NCBI GenBank assembly: GCA_964487675.1
Contig: CAZARY010000001.1
Span: 1 to 42,391, forward strand
DNA from: an uncultured Clostridia bacterium
Lineage (GTDB): Bacteria; Bacillota; Natranaerobiia; Natranaerobiales; Natranaerobiaceae
Direction: 5' to 3'
Length of the DNA stretch: 42,391 nt
Shown here in pieces: positions 27,987 through 36,054 of this stretch; position 1 is the first letter of the stretch; each line of letters starts with the position of its first letter. The notes under the pieces were generated by a model. The model did not search any database. It had not been told where the DNA came from and saw only the letters and a program-made list of their open reading frames with translations. Position numbers and translations under genes: made by a program.

Positions 27987-28250
27987 ATGTCTCGCCGCAA
28001 ATTAAAGTTAGATTTACACCCCATCTACAACAAAGGGGACCTTATCGATCAGTCACTTCATGAGACTTTTGATGAGGCAGAAGAAAAAAAGGCCAAAGAA
28101 TTAGAAATTATTTGTGGAAAGGGCTCGGGACAATTAAAGAAAAGGGTGCTCAAATTTTTAAATCGCAAAGATATTAAAGAGCGATATCACCGGGTAAAAA
28201 AGGACCCCAAAAATTTTGGCCGGGTTTTTGTGTATTTCCGTTGGAAATAG
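27987..28250 (+). CDS. Stand-alone Smr (small MutS-related) domain protein
   Basis: KLDLHP ... ELEIICGKGSGQLKKRVLKFL ... GRVFVYF follows the Smr pattern (LDLHG ... IIHGKGxGxL). It starts 3 nt after the PARG stop. RBS AGGGGG. Confidence 0.7.
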   Translation: MSRRKLKLDLHPIYNKGDLIDQSLHETFDEAEEKKAKELEIICGKGSGQLKKRVLKFLNRKDIKERYHRVKKDPKNFGRVFVYFRWK

Positions 28251-28321
28251 CTGCAAATTTGAAGAAAGATATCCAAAAATCGGCTTAAAACCAACTTGTT
28301 TCTATTAGAGGTGATGTATCG

Positions 28322-28969
28322 ATGGCAGACCTGTCACAGTTTATCTGTAATATTAAAAAAATATGGAATTACAGTGAAAGGCTTCCAGAAGATGCAGCTT
28401 CCTGGCAAGGAGTAAAAATTCTACATTTGAGCGATACTCCCACTGAAATATACGGCAGTTTGGAAAAAATGCTTCGTTGCTTTAAACCTGATTATGTAAT
28501 TCACACAGGCGACTTGGCAGACGAAATAAAAATGGGCGATGAAATTGAGCAGTGTTGGCGCTACCAAAAACAAGTGAGAGATTTTTTCTTATGGTTAGAT
28601 CAATGTACTGACAAATTATTTATCAGCCCGGGAAATCATGATTCGATAGATATGCTGCAGAGTATTGTAAAAGAAGAAAGGTTGAATGTAGAAATTGTTA
28701 ACTGGGAAACTCCTGTTGAGATTGAAGGGAACGTATTTATTTGCGATCATTACCTGGAAAATGTGATCAAAAAATACCCTGTTGGCGATTGGTATTTGTA
28801 TGGACATAATTACGATTGTCCGGAAAATGAGTACGATATTAATCGTTTTTTAAATGGTGTCGCGGCTGTAAACATACTTTTACTACCAGGGGTTAAGGTT
28901 TACCGATTGCCTTATCCTAGGGGAACAGACTACTATCGTAAATATGATAAGCCTTTTAAACTCTTATGA
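28322..28969 (+). CDS. Calcineurin-like metallophosphoesterase
   Basis: ILHLSDTP (motif I), IHTGDLAD (motif II), SPGNHD (motif III), CDH, and YGHN (motif V). RBS AGAGGTGA. Confidence 0.75.
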   Translation: MADLSQFICNIKKIWNYSERLPEDAASWQGVKILHLSDTPTEIYGSLEKMLRCFKPDYVIHTGDLADEIKMGDEIEQCWRYQKQVRDFFLWLDQCTDKLFISPGNHDSIDMLQSIVKEERLNVEIVNWETPVEIEGNVFICDHYLENVIKKYPVGDWYLYGHNYDCPENEYDINRFLNGVAAVNILLLPGVKVYRLPYPRGTDYYRKYDKPFKLL

Positions 28970-29018
28970 GTCAATCGTAGGTCTGCAGCAGTCAATTGAA
29001 CGATTTGGAGGTTTTTGT

Positions 29019-30092
29019 ATGCTATTTATTCGGCGTGGTCCGCTGATCATTTTTTTTGCTTCCGAGAATCCGAATGCGTTTAATCAAGTTTTACAGGAAA
29101 ATAGCAGCTATCAAGGCTGCACCAGCAGTATTTCGTGTGCTTCAGAAAATTCTTTGAACTTAAAAGCGATCCTATGTGAAGCGATGGAAAAAGCGGGTGA
29201 AGCAGATACGATTGCAATTATTCATTATCCTCGGAAAAAAGATGCGTCGCTCCTATCTTGTGTAGAGCATGTATTAGCCATTTATGATACACCTACTAAT
29301 CTATTGACGTATTTAATTAACCAGGGGCAGACCAAGTCTATTCAGCAGGTAACCCCGGGCCCTTCTATGTTAGTGGTAAGACTGCCCGGGGATGCTCAAA
29401 AGATTATAGACAGAATCCAAGAAATTTACGAAGCCGACAGGACTACCGTAGAAGGTGCGATTGCTGAAGGCACTCAAAAAGCCACCATGATTTTTTTCTC
29501 TGAACAATCTATTGACAGGGTGCTCACAAGAAATGATATTTTGGAAGAGGTTTTAGTCAGTTCGGCTTCTCCTTTGTCTATCTATCGTGATATAAGAAAA
29601 AATGCTATCCGATACTTTGCTGTGGGGCTCGATAAATCCAGTTGGTACGAATTAAAAATTAATATTTATGATGCCAATGAGCAGTATAAACTTCATTTAG
29701 AGCGCTTATACCTAGTTTTGACAGAGCTAGAAGCCGGTTTTGCGTTAGCGGAAGAATGGACTAGTGACCAGGCATTTGTGCTTTTTGCAGTGCCCGTTTA
29801 CCAGGTAAAAGTTGTTTCTCTTATAGCGCCCGAGCAATTCAAGAAGATATTGATTGGGTTGGAATATGGTGACAGGGGTGAAAGGATTGTGGATATGGAT
29901 CTGTATTACAGAAATCGAAAGATTGAGCGGAATCATTTGAAGGAAATGCGGCAATACAAAAAAGAAGAAAGTGGAAAAATTTGCAGGCAGGCACTTTTAG
30001 GTAAATTGTCTGCCAAAACCTCGGAAAGCCTAAAACAATTGGAATCCAATATAGGTCTTGATATTCACAGTAATAGGGAGGGGTCCGAGTAA
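29019..30092 (+). CDS. Hypothetical protein (357 aa), family not recognised; weak CitX-like motif in the C-terminal part
   Basis: Long ORF. ATG 29019 lies 7 nt after GGAGG, and the stop overlaps the next ATG (TAATG). I recognised no confident domain. GERIVDMDLYYRNRKIER loosely recalls the GRLxDIDV...SR segment of holo-ACP synthase CitX. Confidence 0.6.
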   Translation: MLFIRRGPLIIFFASENPNAFNQVLQENSSYQGCTSSISCASENSLNLKAILCEAMEKAGEADTIAIIHYPRKKDASLLSCVEHVLAIYDTPTNLLTYLINQGQTKSIQQVTPGPSMLVVRLPGDAQKIIDRIQEIYEADRTTVEGAIAEGTQKATMIFFSEQSIDRVLTRNDILEEVLVSSASPLSIYRDIRKNAIRYFAVGLDKSSWYELKINIYDANEQYKLHLERLYLVLTELEAGFALAEEWTSDQAFVLFAVPVYQVKVVSLIAPEQFKKILIGLEYGDRGERIVDMDLYYRNRKIERNHLKEMRQYKKEESGKICRQALLGKLSAKTSESLKQLESNIGLDIHSNREGSE

Positions 30093-30556
30093 TGAATGCC
30101 TACGAAAAAAAGTTAGCTGAGTACATGAAAGAAAACAATGTCGGAGCGGAACATTTAATTTTTGAGCAAACCTGTCATTCAGTAAGCGAGGCTGCCAGTG
30201 CGGTTGGGGTTACTGCAGAAGATTTTATTAAAAGTATCTGTATGAACTCCAGTAAAGGAGATTTGATTGTGACGATTGTTAAAGGAGAGGATAGAGCTAG
30301 TCTTTCCAAGGTTAGGAAAGCCTTAAATATTAAACGCCCATGGACTTTATCTCCTGAAGAAATACTTGCCCAAACCGGTTACCCCGTAGGGGGAGTTCCT
30401 CCGTTTGGATATAACGCGACTTTTCTAATCGATGAACGCGTATTGCAGAAGGAAATTGTCTTTGGGGGTGGGGGATCTGAAAAGGCCTTGATTAAAATTT
30501 CTCCAGAAGAATTAAAAAGGGCTAATGAGGGAGCTGTAAAAAATATTAGAAAATGA
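30092..30556 (+). CDS. YbaK/ProX-type aminoacyl-tRNA deacylase (trans-editing domain) protein
   Basis: 154 aa. Contains KSICM, GYPVGGVPPFG and FGGGGS, typical of YbaK/EbsC/ProX. Translationally coupled to the upstream gene. Confidence 0.85.
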   Translation: MNAYEKKLAEYMKENNVGAEHLIFEQTCHSVSEAASAVGVTAEDFIKSICMNSSKGDLIVTIVKGEDRASLSKVRKALNIKRPWTLSPEEILAQTGYPVGGVPPFGYNATFLIDERVLQKEIVFGGGGSEKALIKISPEELKRANEGAVKNIRK

Positions 30557-30657
30557 GGTTTTTTTGAGCTATTACTAACAACACCGATTTAAGCAACACT
30601 TCAAAATGATAAAGAAACAGTGAAAAGATAATATGTTACAAAGATAATATGTTCCTA

Positions 30658-30686
30658 TTGACAAGATACAAATTTAGACATATAAT
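30658..30686 (+). promoter_or_regulatory. Consensus sigma-A promoter for the thr leader
   Basis: TTGACA (30658-30663), a 17-nt spacer, then TATAAT (30681-30686), read directly. Confidence 0.75.
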
Positions 30687-30692
30687 AACAGA

Positions 30693-30962
30693 AAAATATA
30701 GTAACTGGCGATGAAAAGGAAAGTACAGTTGTTCGCATGCCAGTAACAGAGAATACCTGCCCCGGCTGGAAACAGGTAGACTGGTTGACAACTGGAACAC
30801 CCCCTTGGAGCTAAGAGTTGAAAGCAAATTTCTTATTTGCAAGTAAGCTCGCTTGGCCGACCGGCCTTAATGGTGCAAGAGAACCATTTGAAAAATGGTT
30901 AAATTGGGTGGAACCGCGAGATAAGCTCTCGTCCCTTTAGTTGGGGATGAGAGCTTTTTTAA
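30693..30962 (+). promoter_or_regulatory. T-box riboswitch leader (probably threonine-specific) with terminator
   Basis: Stem I elements: GCGAUGA (30708-30714), AGUA, AGAGA (30748-30752), and a CUGGAAA distal loop. The candidate specifier region GACAACUGG (30887-30895) contains the Thr codons ACA and ACU. The T-box sequence is AAAUUGGGUGGAACCGCG (30901-30918). A terminator hairpin at 30924-30955 is followed by TTTTTT. The downstream genes are thrC-thrB. Confidence 0.85.
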
Positions 30963-31004
30963 TTTAATAGATGAATTAAATTCACATGAAAGGGTGAAAA
31001 AAAC

Positions 31005-32066
31005 ATGTGGAAAGGGCTCATCGAGACCTATCAAAAATATTTACCGGTAAAACCGGATTTTTTAGATATCAGTTTACAAGAAGGCAATACGCCTTTAATT
31101 TTCGCACCTTCTCTTTCTGAAATGGTGGGAGCCGAAGTTTATCTTAAATATGAAGGGTTGAACCCTACGGCTTCATTTAAAGACAGGGGCATGGTGGTTG
31201 CTGCGACCCAGGCACTGCATGAAGGGTCGGAAGCTGTGATGTGTGCTTCTACTGGCAATACATCGGCTTCTGCAGCTGCCTATGCTGCTAGAAGCGGCCT
31301 CAGATGTGTTGTCCTTGTCCCTCATGGAAATATCGCTTATGGGAAACTATCTCAGGCTCTGATACATGGAGCTGAATTGGTGGCGATAGATGGGAACTTC
31401 GATTTAGCGCTGAATATTGTCAAGGAAATAACGGATGAATACCCGGTCACCTTAGTGAATTCATTAAATCCTTATCGATTAGAGGGTCAAAAAACAGCAG
31501 CTTTCGAAATTTGTGACCAACTGGAAACAGCTCCGGAATATTTGGCCATTCCTGTTGGCAATGCAGGCAATATCACTGCTTATTGGAAAGGGTTTACCGA
31601 GTACTATGCAGCTGGAGAAATAGATCAAACTCCTAAAATGATGGGTTTTCAGGCAGCAGGGGCTGCTCCCCTTGTCAATGGCGCGCCAGTAGAGGAACCC
31701 GAAACCCTGGCAACTGCCATTAGGATTGGGAATCCTGCCAGTTGGAGCGGTGCTGTGCAAGCCGCTAGCGATTCGGGAGGGAGTATCTCCTCGGTAACAG
31801 ATAAAGAAATTATGGACGCTTATGCTCTAATGGCAAAAAAGGAAGGGGTTTTTGCAGAACCTGCCTCCGCAGCTTCCGTGGCCGGAGTTTTGAAATTAAG
31901 TCAAGCAAAGATTTTTCGATCTACGGATAAGATTGTTTGTGTCAATACTGGACACGGGTTGAAAGATCCAGATCGAGCCATTGAAGCGGTTCAATATCAA
32001 GAAAGAATTGTTTCTGCAGATAAAGAAAAAGTAATCCAGGCGATTTGGGGGGATAAACATGCGTAA
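31005..32066 (+). CDS. thrC: Threonine synthase
   Basis: PLP-lysine motif SFKDRGM, ASTGNTSASAAAYA, and a length of 353 aa. Confidence 0.95.
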   Translation: MWKGLIETYQKYLPVKPDFLDISLQEGNTPLIFAPSLSEMVGAEVYLKYEGLNPTASFKDRGMVVAATQALHEGSEAVMCASTGNTSASAAAYAARSGLRCVVLVPHGNIAYGKLSQALIHGAELVAIDGNFDLALNIVKEITDEYPVTLVNSLNPYRLEGQKTAAFEICDQLETAPEYLAIPVGNAGNITAYWKGFTEYYAAGEIDQTPKMMGFQAAGAAPLVNGAPVEEPETLATAIRIGNPASWSGAVQAASDSGGSISSVTDKEIMDAYALMAKKEGVFAEPASAASVAGVLKLSQAKIFRSTDKIVCVNTGHGLKDPDRAIEAVQYQERIVSADKEKVIQAIWGDKHA

Positions 32067-33015
32067 AAGTACAAATGAAGTTATGGTAAAAATCCCTGCT
32101 ACTTCCGCGAATCTTGGCCCAGGGTTTGATACCCTAGGCTTGGCATTAGATTTGTATAACTATGTAACCATAAGCTGGTCAAATAAATCTGAAATAGAAG
32201 TGAATGTGGAAGGATTCGGCCAGGAGCTTATGGATAACCAAGATGAGAATATGGTTTATCATGCTGCCAGAAAAGTCTTGAACCACTGTGGGGAAAATAA
32301 TAAAGGCTTATACATTCGTCTGGAAAATAATATTCCTTTTTGTAGAGGACTGGGGAGCAGTGCCGCTGCCATTGTAGGAGGAGCCGTGGCGGCCAATCAA
32401 CTGATTGGGGAGCCCATGGATAAAGAACAATTACTCGACCTAGTGTTTGATATTGAAGGACATCCAGACAATATTTTTCCGGCTATGTATGGAGGGCTTG
32501 TCGTCAGCAGCAATTGTGGTGATGAAAAAGCAGGAGAGCATAAATACATGTTCAAAAAAATTAATCTTCCCAGAGAGCTACAATTTTTGGCTGTAATACC
32601 AAAAGACCATCTCGATACTCAAATGGCCAGGCAAGCACTTCCCAAAATGGTTAAACATTCCGAGGCAGTTTATAATTTAGGACGGGTTTCATTATTGATT
32701 TTAGCTTTTCAAACGGCGGATTACAATCTCATGCATCATGCCATGAACGATTGCCTTCACGAGCAATACCGTGCCAAATTACTTCCGGGACTTTCAGAAG
32801 CACTGCATGAGCTCAGGGGATTTAGTATACCATCAGCCATAAGTGGTGCAGGCCCATCAGTTTTGGCCGTGGTTTCAAGTCGTGCCGAAGAGATAAAAAG
32901 GCAAATAGAAGATATTTTTAAACGCAAAGAATTGGAGTGTCATACCATATTTTTGCGTCCTGAAAACCAGGGTGCACAAATAATATACCAACATGAGGAT
33001 AGGAAGCGGGCTTAA
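32059..33015 (+). CDS. thrB: Homoserine kinase
   Basis: PATSANLGPGFD and the GHMP motif GLGSSAAA. Overlaps thrC by 8 nt. Confidence 0.95.
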   Translation: MRKSTNEVMVKIPATSANLGPGFDTLGLALDLYNYVTISWSNKSEIEVNVEGFGQELMDNQDENMVYHAARKVLNHCGENNKGLYIRLENNIPFCRGLGSSAAAIVGGAVAANQLIGEPMDKEQLLDLVFDIEGHPDNIFPAMYGGLVVSSNCGDEKAGEHKYMFKKINLPRELQFLAVIPKDHLDTQMARQALPKMVKHSEAVYNLGRVSLLILAFQTADYNLMHHAMNDCLHEQYRAKLLPGLSEALHELRGFSIPSAISGAGPSVLAVVSSRAEEIKRQIEDIFKRKELECHTIFLRPENQGAQIIYQHEDRKRA

Positions 33016-33058
33016 AAAAAGATATGCCTAGTCAATTACAGAAGACACAAATATACTT

Positions 33059-33087
33059 TTGACATATTATGAGTTTTTATATAAAAT
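33059..33087 (+). promoter_or_regulatory. Sigma-A promoter candidate for the ArsR/P-type ATPase operon
   Basis: TTGACA (33059-33064), a 17-nt spacer, then TAAAAT (33082-33087). Confidence 0.6.
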
Positions 33088-33094
33088 AACAATT

Positions 33095-33126
33095 GAACAA
33101 ATAAACAAATAAACAAATGAACAAAT
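33095..33126 (+). repeat. Four tandem 8-bp repeats (GAACAAAT AAACAAAT AAACAAAT GAACAAAT), candidate operator
   Basis: Read directly. Located between the -10 box and the RBS (33133-33138) of the ArsR-family gene. Confidence 0.8.
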
Positions 33127-33146
33127 ATTAAAAGGAGGCCCCCTAT

Positions 33147-33566
33147 TTGAAAAAAGGAGAGAAAAACCCCTCCGTGGAGAAAAAAACGCTTGATAAAAGT
33201 AAATCTGGCGACGTGCCGCGCACTACCTGTGAAGAGTTTAGCTTTGATCCAGAAGCGGTTGAAAAAGTAAAAAGGCATATGCTAGGCACAAAAGAAATTT
33301 CTGGCATGGCCGAGACTTTTAAAGTTTTAGCTGATCCGACCCGAATTAAGATCTTACATGCGCTAAAATGCAGTGAATTATGTGTATGTGATCTGGCTGT
33401 GGCTCTAAATATGAATACATCAGCTATTTCACATCAACTTAGGGTTTTAAAAGGTGCCAGGTTAGTTAAAAATCGAAGAGAGGGAAAATACATCTATTAT
33501 TCTTTAGATGATCAGCACGTAGAAGTGCTTTTTGCTGAAACAAAAGAACATATACAGCATTTGTAG
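33147..33566 (+). CDS. ArsR/SmtB-family metal-sensing transcriptional repressor (CadC/CzrA-like)
   Basis: ELCVCDLA (alpha3 Cys pair), HQLRVLKGARLV recognition helix, a C-terminal DxHx10HxxH (alpha5-like site), and one N-terminal Cys. TTG start lies 8 nt after AAGGAGG. Confidence 0.9.
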   Translation: MKKGEKNPSVEKKTLDKSKSGDVPRTTCEEFSFDPEAVEKVKRHMLGTKEISGMAETFKVLADPTRIKILHALKCSELCVCDLAVALNMNTSAISHQLRVLKGARLVKNRREGKYIYYSLDDQHVEVLFAETKEHIQHL

Positions 33567-33589
33567 TACGTTATGGAGGAGGGGATGGT

Positions 33590-35752
33590 ATGAAATATCA
33601 CTTACAGGGGCTTGACTGCCAAGCTTGTGCGGCTAAGATAGAACAAAAATTAAAGACACTAGAGCATACGGAAGATATAAATTTTAACTGGGCAAAAATG
33701 ACAGTGGAGATTGCCCCTGAAGATTTCCAAGTAGCGCAAGCAATCATTGATAAAATTGAACCCGGGGTGAAACTTGTTCCTCTAGATAATGATTTTAACG
33801 CAGACAAGAAAGAAAACAAAAAAAAGGATTTATCATATAAAGAATTGCAGCCTTCAATAGTCAGAGTGGTTGCTTCATTAATCATTTTGTTAATAATTTT
33901 GGGTTTTCAAATTATCTTGGATGGCTATGTATATTCGGGCCTCGAAGCTCTATTTTATTTGATTCCCTACTCACTTGCAGGATTTCCGGTGATCTGGGGA
34001 GCCTTTAAAAATTTATATCACGGGCAAGTATTTAATGAGAAATTTCTCATGACAGTGGCCACAGGTGGAGCTTTCGCCATTGGTGAATATCCGGAAGCGG
34101 TGGCTGTTATGTTGTTTTTCGCTGTGGGAGAATTAATGCAGAATATAGCGGTGGCGCGCTCAAAAAACTCAATCAATGCCCTTTTAGATTTGAAACCTGA
34201 GACGGCTACTGTGGTATCTGAGAAGAAAAGATATGTAAAAAATGCCGATGAAGTTGAGCCGGGTGAAGTCATCGAGGTCAAACCCGGAGAAAGGGTTCCA
34301 TTGGATGGCAGTGTGCTTTGGGGTACTTCTTATGTGGATACGTCTGCGCTAACTGGCGAAAACGTGCCCAAAAAAGTTGACCCGGAAGAAGAGATTTTAG
34401 CAGGTTCTATTAACCAAGATGGCTTACTGCGATTGAAAGTGGATAAAAACCTGGAAAATTCAGCAGTGGCTAAAATACTTGACCTGGTTGAAAAAGCTTC
34501 CTCTAGAAAAGCTCCTACTGAAAGATTTATAACGGAATTTGCTGGTTGGTATACTCCGATAGTTGTGGGGCTAGCCGTCATATTGGCAGTTTTCCCCCCC
34601 ATTTTCTTGCCGGGGGCGGACTTCTCTGACTGGGTCTACCGGGCCTTGATTCTCTTAGTGATTTCATGTCCCTGCGCCTTAGTACTGTCCATTCCACTCA
34701 GTTATTTTGGCGGCATAGGTGCAGCGTCAAAAAAAGGTATCCTTATCAAAGGCGCTAATTTTATAGATGCCATGGTAAAACTTCATACAGTGGTTTTAGA
34801 CAAAACAGGCACTTTGACGAAAGGCGTCTTTAAAGTGGATGAAATTTTTCCATATAATGGCTACGACAAAAAACAAATTTTGGAATATGCGCTGGCGGCA
34901 GAAGAAAATTCTAACCATCCTATTGCACGATCGATTCGAGAAAAAGCGGCAGAAGCGCTCGGAAGTTGTATTCACACTTCGAGCGGCGTAGCTGATCACC
35001 AGGAAATAAAAGGACTTGGGACAAAAACGGCATTAAATAATGGGAATAAAGTGCTTATAGGCAACAAAAAACTATTGCACCAGGAGGGGGTAAGACTCCC
35101 CCACTTCGTGGCACAAGAAAAAAACAATGGCAAATCAATGCCTGGCACAAAAATACATTTGGCAGTTAACGGAGAATATGCAGGCAGGATCTCTATAACT
35201 GACGAAATTAAACCGAAAGCTACAACGTTGGTCAAAACATTAAAATTCCTAGGAGTTAAACGAGTGATAATGCTTACTGGAGATGATCAAAAAGCTGCAT
35301 CCGCCCTAGCGGAAGAGTTGAATATTGATGAATATTATGCCAGTTTACTCCCCCAAGACAAGCTGGCGCTTGTAGAAAGATTCCACATGAATTTAAGCGA
35401 TCGGGAGGAAAAGCTTGCTTATGTGGGTGATGGGATTAATGATGCGCCTGTTATTACCAGGGCGGATGTAGGCATGGCAATGGGAGCTTTAGGCTCAGAT
35501 GCTGCAATAGAAGCTGCTGACGTGGTGTTTATGGATGATAATTTAGAAAAAATATCGAATAGCATTCAGTTATCAAAACGAACTCGGAAGATCGTGCTAC
35601 AAAACATTGTTTTTGCCCTGGGCGTAAAAGGGTTATTCATGATCATGGCGGCTATAGGAATGACCAGTATGTGGGCCGCGGTGTTTGCTGATGTGGGTGT
35701 GACATTGATAGCTGTGATCAATGCAACACGAATACTGTATTTTGGCTATTAA
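33590..35752 (+). CDS. Heavy-metal-translocating P1B-type ATPase, Zn/Cd/(Pb/Co) CadA/ZntA type
   Basis: N-terminal HMA domain with GLDCQACAAKIE, plus SCPCAL (TM CPC), DKTGTLT, MLTGDD and GDGINDAP. The final TM segment FADVGVTLIAVINA carries the DxG characteristic of the Zn/Cd subgroup. Confidence 0.95.
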   Translation: MKYHLQGLDCQACAAKIEQKLKTLEHTEDINFNWAKMTVEIAPEDFQVAQAIIDKIEPGVKLVPLDNDFNADKKENKKKDLSYKELQPSIVRVVASLIILLIILGFQIILDGYVYSGLEALFYLIPYSLAGFPVIWGAFKNLYHGQVFNEKFLMTVATGGAFAIGEYPEAVAVMLFFAVGELMQNIAVARSKNSINALLDLKPETATVVSEKKRYVKNADEVEPGEVIEVKPGERVPLDGSVLWGTSYVDTSALTGENVPKKVDPEEEILAGSINQDGLLRLKVDKNLENSAVAKILDLVEKASSRKAPTERFITEFAGWYTPIVVGLAVILAVFPPIFLPGADFSDWVYRALILLVISCPCALVLSIPLSYFGGIGAASKKGILIKGANFIDAMVKLHTVVLDKTGTLTKGVFKVDEIFPYNGYDKKQILEYALAAEENSNHPIARSIREKAAEALGSCIHTSSGVADHQEIKGLGTKTALNNGNKVLIGNKKLLHQEGVRLPHFVAQEKNNGKSMPGTKIHLAVNGEYAGRISITDEIKPKATTLVKTLKFLGVKRVIMLTGDDQKAASALAEELNIDEYYASLLPQDKLALVERFHMNLSDREEKLAYVGDGINDAPVITRADVGMAMGALGSDAAIEAADVVFMDDNLEKISNSIQLSKRTRKIVLQNIVFALGVKGLFMIMAAIGMTSMWAAVFADVGVTLIAVINATRILYFGY

Positions 35753-35831
35753 ATTAAATACAAGGGAAGCAAATTGAATGTGTGTTGAAAACTTGAGCGA
35801 ATATTTCTTTGCGCAAGATCATACCAGCGGA

Positions 35832-35903
35832 CCGATTTTGGAAAAGCTGCGTTCACTGTCTGACCGAACGCAGTGAGGGCGTTTTAACGCAGCCCAAAAT
35901 CGG
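35832..35903 (+). other. GC-enriched structured element (extended hairpin with an alternative pairing); function unknown
   Basis: Helices 35832-35841/35894-35903 (10 bp), 35846-35853/35886-35893 (8 bp) and 35854-35858/35871-35875 (5 bp). The segment GCTGCGTTC can pair instead with GAACGCAG at 35866-35873. Confidence 0.3.
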
Positions 35904-36054
35904 GAGCATGGTTACAGCCAGCTCAGCAAAGCCATGAGCGAAAGTATTGTAAGACCAAATACGGAATTATCCTGATTTAATTTGATAACCATATACTGTA
36001 TTATTCTCCGGAGCAAGGTGATATGAAGGGGAGCAGACAAAAAAGTTAAAGCTA

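Noticed and set aside
28944-29018. Upstream extension of the orphan ORF overlapping the phosphoesterase gene
   Set aside because: A GGAGG 7 nt before ATG 29019 gives a much better start. The extension would overlap the previous gene by 26 nt with no RBS.
30636-30842. 68-aa minus-strand ORF
   Set aside because: It lies entirely antisense to the promoter and Stem I of the T-box leader, so the RNA element explains the region.
33036-33278. 80-aa minus-strand ORF across the ArsR promoter and 5' end
   Set aside because: It is antisense to a promoter/operator and to a well-supported regulator gene, and its hydrophobic low-complexity translation comes from the A/T-rich repeats.
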